DNA of 64,000 bases, from contig CAWEAL010000006.1 in the NCBI GenBank assembly GCA_963807035.1, positions 81,994 through 145,993 of the forward strand, given 5' to 3'. Under the pieces are notes generated by a model. That model worked only from the letters and a program-made list of their open reading frames with translations. It did not search any database and was not told the DNA's origin. Numbering within the stretch: the first letter of the stretch is position 1; each line of letters begins with the position of its first letter. The stretch is from an uncultured Chloroflexia bacterium. Its GTDB lineage: Bacteria; Chloroflexota; Limnocylindria; Limnocylindrales; CSP1-4. The translations under genes were made by a program, and so were the position numbers. Shown in pieces: positions 59,689-64,000 of the stretch.

Positions 59689-60129
59689 ATGGCTCAACCC
59701 GATCCGATCGTGACCGCCCTGGATCTGGCCGGCTACCGCCTGACCGGCCCGCGTCGGGCGGTCGCGACCTTGATCGCCGATCACGGCGGACATTTCACCG
59801 CCGCCGAGCTCGAGCTGGCGGCTCGCGAGCGGCGACTCGGCGTGAGTCGGGCGACCCTCTTTCGCGCTCTGGATCTCTTGACCGAGCTCGGCATCGTCGA
59901 GCGACTCGACCTGCCAAGCGGCGAGCACACCTACGTCCCGTGCGCCCCAGCCCATCACCACCACATCATCTGCTCGCGCTGCGGTCGAACGACCGCGGCG
60001 GACGACTCCGGGATCGCCGAGGCGGTCGCCGCGATCGCTCGGCAAACCGGCTACCAGATCGAGCGTCACCGGCTCGAGCTCTTTGGACTCTGCCGGCACT
60101 GCCAGGTCAAGACCACGCTCGACGCCTGA
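59689..60129 (+). CDS. zur: Fur-family metalloregulator (Zur-like by context)
   Basis: RLTGPRRAVATLIADHGGHFTAAELE...GVSRATLFRALDLLTELGIV...HHHHIICSRCG...CRHC. Confidence 0.8.
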   Translation: MAQPDPIVTALDLAGYRLTGPRRAVATLIADHGGHFTAAELELAARERRLGVSRATLFRALDLLTELGIVERLDLPSGEHTYVPCAPAHHHHIICSRCGRTTAADDSGIAEAVAAIARQTGYQIERHRLELFGLCRHCQVKTTLDA

Positions 60130-60185
60130 TCCCAGGCGGGATCAGCTTCAACCGTCCCCCAAGGAGTCCAACACAGGAGGTTCAG

Positions 60186-61197
60186 GTGGATCCAGGAGTG
60201 AGACTCAGTCGCAGCATGCTGGTTCGGGCGAGCACGATCTTGATGGCCCTCGGCCTGATCGGCTGCCAAGGCGCGGTGAGCCCACCTCCGTCCACCGGGC
60301 CGAGCTCGGCGACCGGCGGCTCGTCGGCAGCGGCGAGCCTGCCGACGAACCGGAGCGTCCAGCTTGCCCAGCCCGGTTGGTTCGGCGCCCCCATTGAATG
60401 TCCTGGGCACCGAGAACTTCTACGCCGACCTGCTCAGCCAGATCGGTGGCTCCCGGGTGAAGGCGACGAGCATTCTCAACGACCCCAACGCCGACCCACA
60501 TGCCTTCGAAAGCAACCCCCAGGACGCGGTGCTCACCGCCGACGCCCAGCTCGTCATCGTCAACGGGATCGGCTATGACGACTTCATGCTCAAGCTCCTC
60601 GGAGCGGCGAACGAGCCGAACCGGATCGTGATCAACGTCCAGCGGCTGCTCGGGCTCGCGGACGGCGTGAACGCCCACATCTGGTACGACCCTGCCACGA
60701 TGCCGAAGGTAGCCGCGGCCGCGACGACCGCGCTCGCCAAGCTCGATCCGGCGAATGCCCCGTACTTCGAGGCTCGCGAGCAGACCTATCTCGCGAGCTT
60801 CGCTCCGCTCAGCGCGGCGATCGCCAAGCTCAAGTCGAGCTACTCCGGGACCCCGGTCGCCTTTACCGAGCCCGTCGCGGGCTACCTAGCCAAGGCGATC
60901 GGCCTGCAGGTCCTGACCCCCGAAGGCTTCCAGAAGTCGATCGAAGATGGCACCGACCCGGCGCCCGGCGACGTCGCGGCCGAAGAGGATCTGCTCACCG
61001 GCAAGAAGGTCAAGGTCCTCCTCTACAACAGCCAGGTCACCTCGCCGATCACCGCGACGATCCATGATCTGGCCGTCGCCAACGGGATCCCGGTCGTGGG
61101 CGTGGCCGAGACGATCCCTTCGACCTACCCAACGTTCCAAGCCTGGCAGCTCGCCCAGCTCGAGGCGTTGGACCAAGCCTTGGCGAGCGGCAGTTAG
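60186..61197 (+). CDS. znuA: Metal (Zn/Mn) ABC transporter substrate-binding lipoprotein (ZnuA/TroA family), one frame change near 60375-60395
   Basis: AGGAGG 5 nt before the GTG at 60186. ILMALGLIGCQG is a lipobox. ORF 60364..61197 then carries NVLGTENFYADLLSQIGG..V...IL.DPNADPHAFE...NGIGYDDF...NAHIWYDP. Confidence 0.85.
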
Positions 61198-61284
61198 TTC
61201 CGTCGCCGGCCTTGGCCCCTCGTGCCTGAGGCATTCGTGCAGGTGGCGGGAGGAGGAGGTCACGATCGGCAAGCTCCTATCTTG

Positions 61285-62318
61285 TCAAGCGGCGGCCAGC
61301 TGTAGGTTTGAGCCCTCGAGCAGGAGTCGATAGACCGGCCGGACCAGGCGTCGCTTGAGTGCTCGAATCGCCTCGCGCCAGGTCTTCCCGTCGACCTCGA
61401 TCCGGCGGGTGACGTACGCCTTGGCCTCGGGATGAAAGCGAGCCTGCGAGACCGCGATCACGTGGAGGGCTCGGTTGAGCTGACGGTTGCCGCCCCGGTT
61501 GAGGCGCATCCGCTGGACCTGGCCCGGAGCTCGCCGGGATCGGGGCGACGCCGGCCAGGGCCGCGCAGCGCATCGGCTGTCCGGAAGCGCCGAACATCGC
61601 CGACCTCGGCGATCAGCCGGGCGACGGTGATCGGGCCCGCTCCAGGCAGGCCCATGAGCGGATGGCCCGCGACGCCGGCGGTGATCCGCCGGGTCAGGCT
61701 CTCGACCTCGCGGCCGAGGTGCGCGAGCCGGGCGAGGAGCGAGCGGGCGAGCTCGGCCTGGACGGCGTGAGTTCCCGCGCAGGCGCCGCCCGATCGCCGT
61801 CCGGTTGTGCGTCAGCGACGAGGTTGGCGACCGTCCCGCCATAGCCCGGGAGCAGGATGATCAGATGGGCATGGAGGCGGTTCCGGACGCGGGTCGCCTC
61901 GCCGATCAGATCCTCGCGGGCTTCGACGAGGAGGCGCAGTTCGGTCGTCTGATCAGGCAGCCGGATCGGCGGCAGGCTCGTCTCCCGAGCCGTCACCCGG
62001 GCGATCGCGAGGGCATCGCCAGGGTCGCTCTTGCCCGGTCGTCGGGTCCGTCCGGCGTTCAGCCCGGCTCAGGTGCGGTGGGACCTCGCGGACGCACAGG
62101 CCGGCGCGTTGGGCTGACCGGGCGAGTGGCGCTCCATACGAGGACGAGCCTTCGATCCCGATCGTCGCCCCAGGTGCCTTCGAGCGAGCCCAAGCGATGA
62201 ACGCGAGGTGGCCCTTCGGGTCGTTGGCGAACGTCGCCTCGGCGATCGGTGCGCCGCGTGGATCGACCGCGCAGGCCGCGAGCGTTGCCTTGTGGGTATC
62301 GACCCCGATTGCTGTCAT
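61285..62318 (-). mobile_element. IS110-family transposase gene, full length but with at least 4 frame changes
   Basis: N-terminus: MTAIGVDTHKATLAACAV...IGIEGSSSYGAPLAR (DEDD domain). Middle: LRLLVEAREDLIGEATRVRNRLHAHL. C-terminus: LPGAGPITVARLIAEVGDVRRF...GVAPIPASSGQ...RLNRGGNRQLNRALHVIAVSQ. These are spread over ORFs 61953, 61694, 61458 and 61285. Confidence 0.85.
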
Positions 62319-62556
62319 GTCGCCCTCCGCGCCACCTGCTCGATGGATGTGGGGATGGACGGGCAGCAGTGCGTTGAGCGAGACACGCTCCTATGAGGCC
62401 ACGTCCGGCCCGCTCAACCGGGAAGGCGGGGGCACTTGCCGATATGGCCAGAGCGCGTTGCCCGGCCTCATTGTGGGGAGCCACCCGCCTTCTCGATCGA
62501 ACCATCGCACCGCGGCGATGGCCCGTCGAGGGTGACGCACTCATCGTGTGGCGGGT

Positions 62557-63039
62557 CTACGGCGACGCGTCACACGTGGCGAGCTTCTCTTGTCCTGATC
62601 CGCCGTCGACCTCGAAGTGCTCCAGCCCAAGGGTGACGGACATGTTCGGCTTGTAGTCCGCCTTCGCGACGGCTCCGCAGATCATTGCCGCGCTCGACTG
62701 GCCAAGCGTTGTGTTCGCGATCGACGTGAAGATGATCGCGCTCCCACAGGGTGGTACAGCGTCACCGCAGTGATCAACGCTCACTTGGATGTTTGGGAGG
62801 CCGTTGACCTGCTGAAGCGTCGGATACCAGTCGTCGTTGGCGTACCCGTCTTTGACGTTGCCGGCGAGCAGTTCGGCAATCTGGGCGTCTCTCGGATCTG
62901 GCGAGGAAGTCCCGGCGTTGCACGCGACTGCGACCAGCGCGACAGAGATGACGGCGACCAGGACGATCCGTTTCAAGCCAGCCCCCGAGCGGTCACGTCG
63001 TCGATCCCCGGCGCCGATGCCAGCCATGTCCCTGAGCAT
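62557..63039 (-). CDS. Small lipoprotein, hypothetical
   Basis: LKRIVLVAVISVALVAVACNAG is a lipobox. The mature part contains Cys. Confidence 0.55.
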   Translation of the reverse strand: MLRDMAGIGAGDRRRDRSGAGLKRIVLVAVISVALVAVACNAGTSSPDPRDAQIAELLAGNVKDGYANDDWYPTLQQVNGLPNIQVSVDHCGDAVPPCGSAIIFTSIANTTLGQSSAAMICGAVAKADYKPNMSVTLGLEHFEVDGGSGQEKLATCDASP

Positions 63040-63154
63040 GGTCCCGATTCTTAGGGAGAGTCAATGCTCGGACGATTCACAATGGAGCGCCACGATTGAG
63101 TCATCGTGTCGCGGCACCTTCGTGACATGGCGTGCCTCACGCGAGGCTCTGGCC

Positions 63155-63919
63155 TCACCGCAGCTTCCCCCTGAGCCAGCGGGTCGCGATGCCGAGCGCC
63201 CGCCAGCCCTCGTCGAGATCCTCGAGCGCCGCGACCTTCGCCGGCTCGATGAAGTCGGCCACCTGGCCTGCCACCGAGCGAGCAACAGCCTCAGGTGGCG
63301 GCTGCACAGGCTCGGGCACGCCCTCGAGCTCAGCGAAGCGCACGACGCTCGCCTCGAGCGTCTCGCTGGTCTTGGCCTGCCCCGCCCAGCGGGCGGCGTC
63401 ATCGGGGAACAGGGCGGGATGACCAGCGAGGTAGCGCCGCTCGACCTCATCCCTGGCGGCACCGACGGCCTTGAAGCTTCGCACGCTCAGGCTGATCAGA
63501 TCCCGCAGCTGTTCGACCTCTCGGAGATGATCCGGATTCTTCTCGTCCTCGGGCCCTCGGGTCAGGAGCGCGGTCCGGGTCGAGAACAACGCCGTCAGGA
63601 GAAGCTCGCGCTCGAGCAGGTCGTGGCAGACGGTGTTGATCCGGATCACGAGGCGGAACCGAAAGAGCGTCTCGCGGACGGCCTGGTCCGCGGCTCGGTC
63701 GATCTCGACCCGGGGCTTGCCCTTCATACGCGTCCGCGCGCCATCGGTCGCAGCGTGCCCAAGCCTGTTGATCGGCGGGATGAAGCTTTCGTCCGCCAGG
63801 GACGAGCGCACGAACGCGTCGACCCCACCGTGAGCATGAGCCTCGGTCAACCATGCGACGACGAGCTCGGTCGGGGTCAGAGCGCCTTCGACCGCGGCCA
63901 GCCGTCGTTCGGTCGTCAA
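63155..63919 (-). CDS. Hypothetical helical protein (254 aa)
   Basis: ORF 63155..63919(-). The TTG start overlaps the stop of an upstream partial ORF (ATTGA). I recognised no family. Confidence 0.5.
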   Translation of the reverse strand: MTTERRLAAVEGALTPTELVVAWLTEAHAHGGVDAFVRSSLADESFIPPINRLGHAATDGARTRMKGKPRVEIDRAADQAVRETLFRFRLVIRINTVCHDLLERELLLTALFSTRTALLTRGPEDEKNPDHLREVEQLRDLISLSVRSFKAVGAARDEVERRYLAGHPALFPDDAARWAGQAKTSETLEASVVRFAELEGVPEPVQPPPEAVARSVAGQVADFIEPAKVAALEDLDEGWRALGIATRWLRGKLR

Positions 63920-64000
63920 TCTAGGGCCTGCGTCTCGTCTGCCGGCGAGCGTTGCTTGAGGGCGGCTTCTAGGACTGCCAGTCGATCCTCGAGCTCGCCG
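63917..64000 (-). CDS. 3' end of a hypothetical gene (partial at the window edge)
   Basis: Own translation gives ...ELEDRLAVLEAALKQRSPADETQALD*, translationally coupled to the next gene. Confidence 0.3.

Overview
This is a very GC-rich bacterial chromosome segment (GC judged by eye, not computed). The gene content looks Actinomycetota- or Chloroflexota-like: LppX/LprAFG lipoprotein, DipZ, a DUF385 deazaflavin-type domain, DUF4232 and an ECF42 sigma factor. Because of the GC content, almost every real gene is shadowed by long antisense or out-of-frame ORFs, so I called genes only where the translation shows recognisable family motifs.

Mostly housekeeping or ordinary content:
- tRNA-Met, ftsH, an M20 peptidase, a DnaB-C-like ATPase, ppa, thpR/ligT and tyrA.
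- A Nudix-like protein, a receiver-ParA/CpaE-like ATPase and a UvrD/PcrA-type helicase with HRDC.
- Several VOC, DinB, GNAT and lipoprotein genes.
- An ECF42 sigma factor with two DGPF/YCII genes.
- A LuxR-STAND regulator coupled to a ferredoxin-adenylate cyclase fusion.
- A PAS/GAF/EAL protein, cobQ, zur-znuA and DipZ.

Accessory or mobile signals:
- A 5.7 kb islet next to tRNA-Met, bounded by a perfect 47-bp direct repeat, with a truncated tyrosine integrase.
- comM split into pieces by a 0.8 kb insert and by a decayed large-serine-recombinase element. The 3' third of comM is missing from the window.
- One full-length (frameshifted) and one truncated IS110-family transposase gene. Both have upstream non-coding left ends where a bridge/seek RNA would be expected.
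- An orphan HEPN-like (RNxxxH) gene butted against the truncated IS110.

A striking property of the window is the number of single-base frame changes inside highly conserved genes. ftsH has at least 7. The M20 peptidase, the DnaB-like gene, ECF42, cobQ, the GT1 glycosyltransferase, DipZ, znuA, the LuxR regulator and the IS110 transposase are also affected, while neighbouring long genes are intact. This suggests consensus indel errors or pseudogenisation, and it limits the accuracy of the coordinates.

I found no CRISPR array, no rRNA and no convincing riboswitch. Start codons are approximate throughout. All family assignments come from motif recognition by eye, not from searches.
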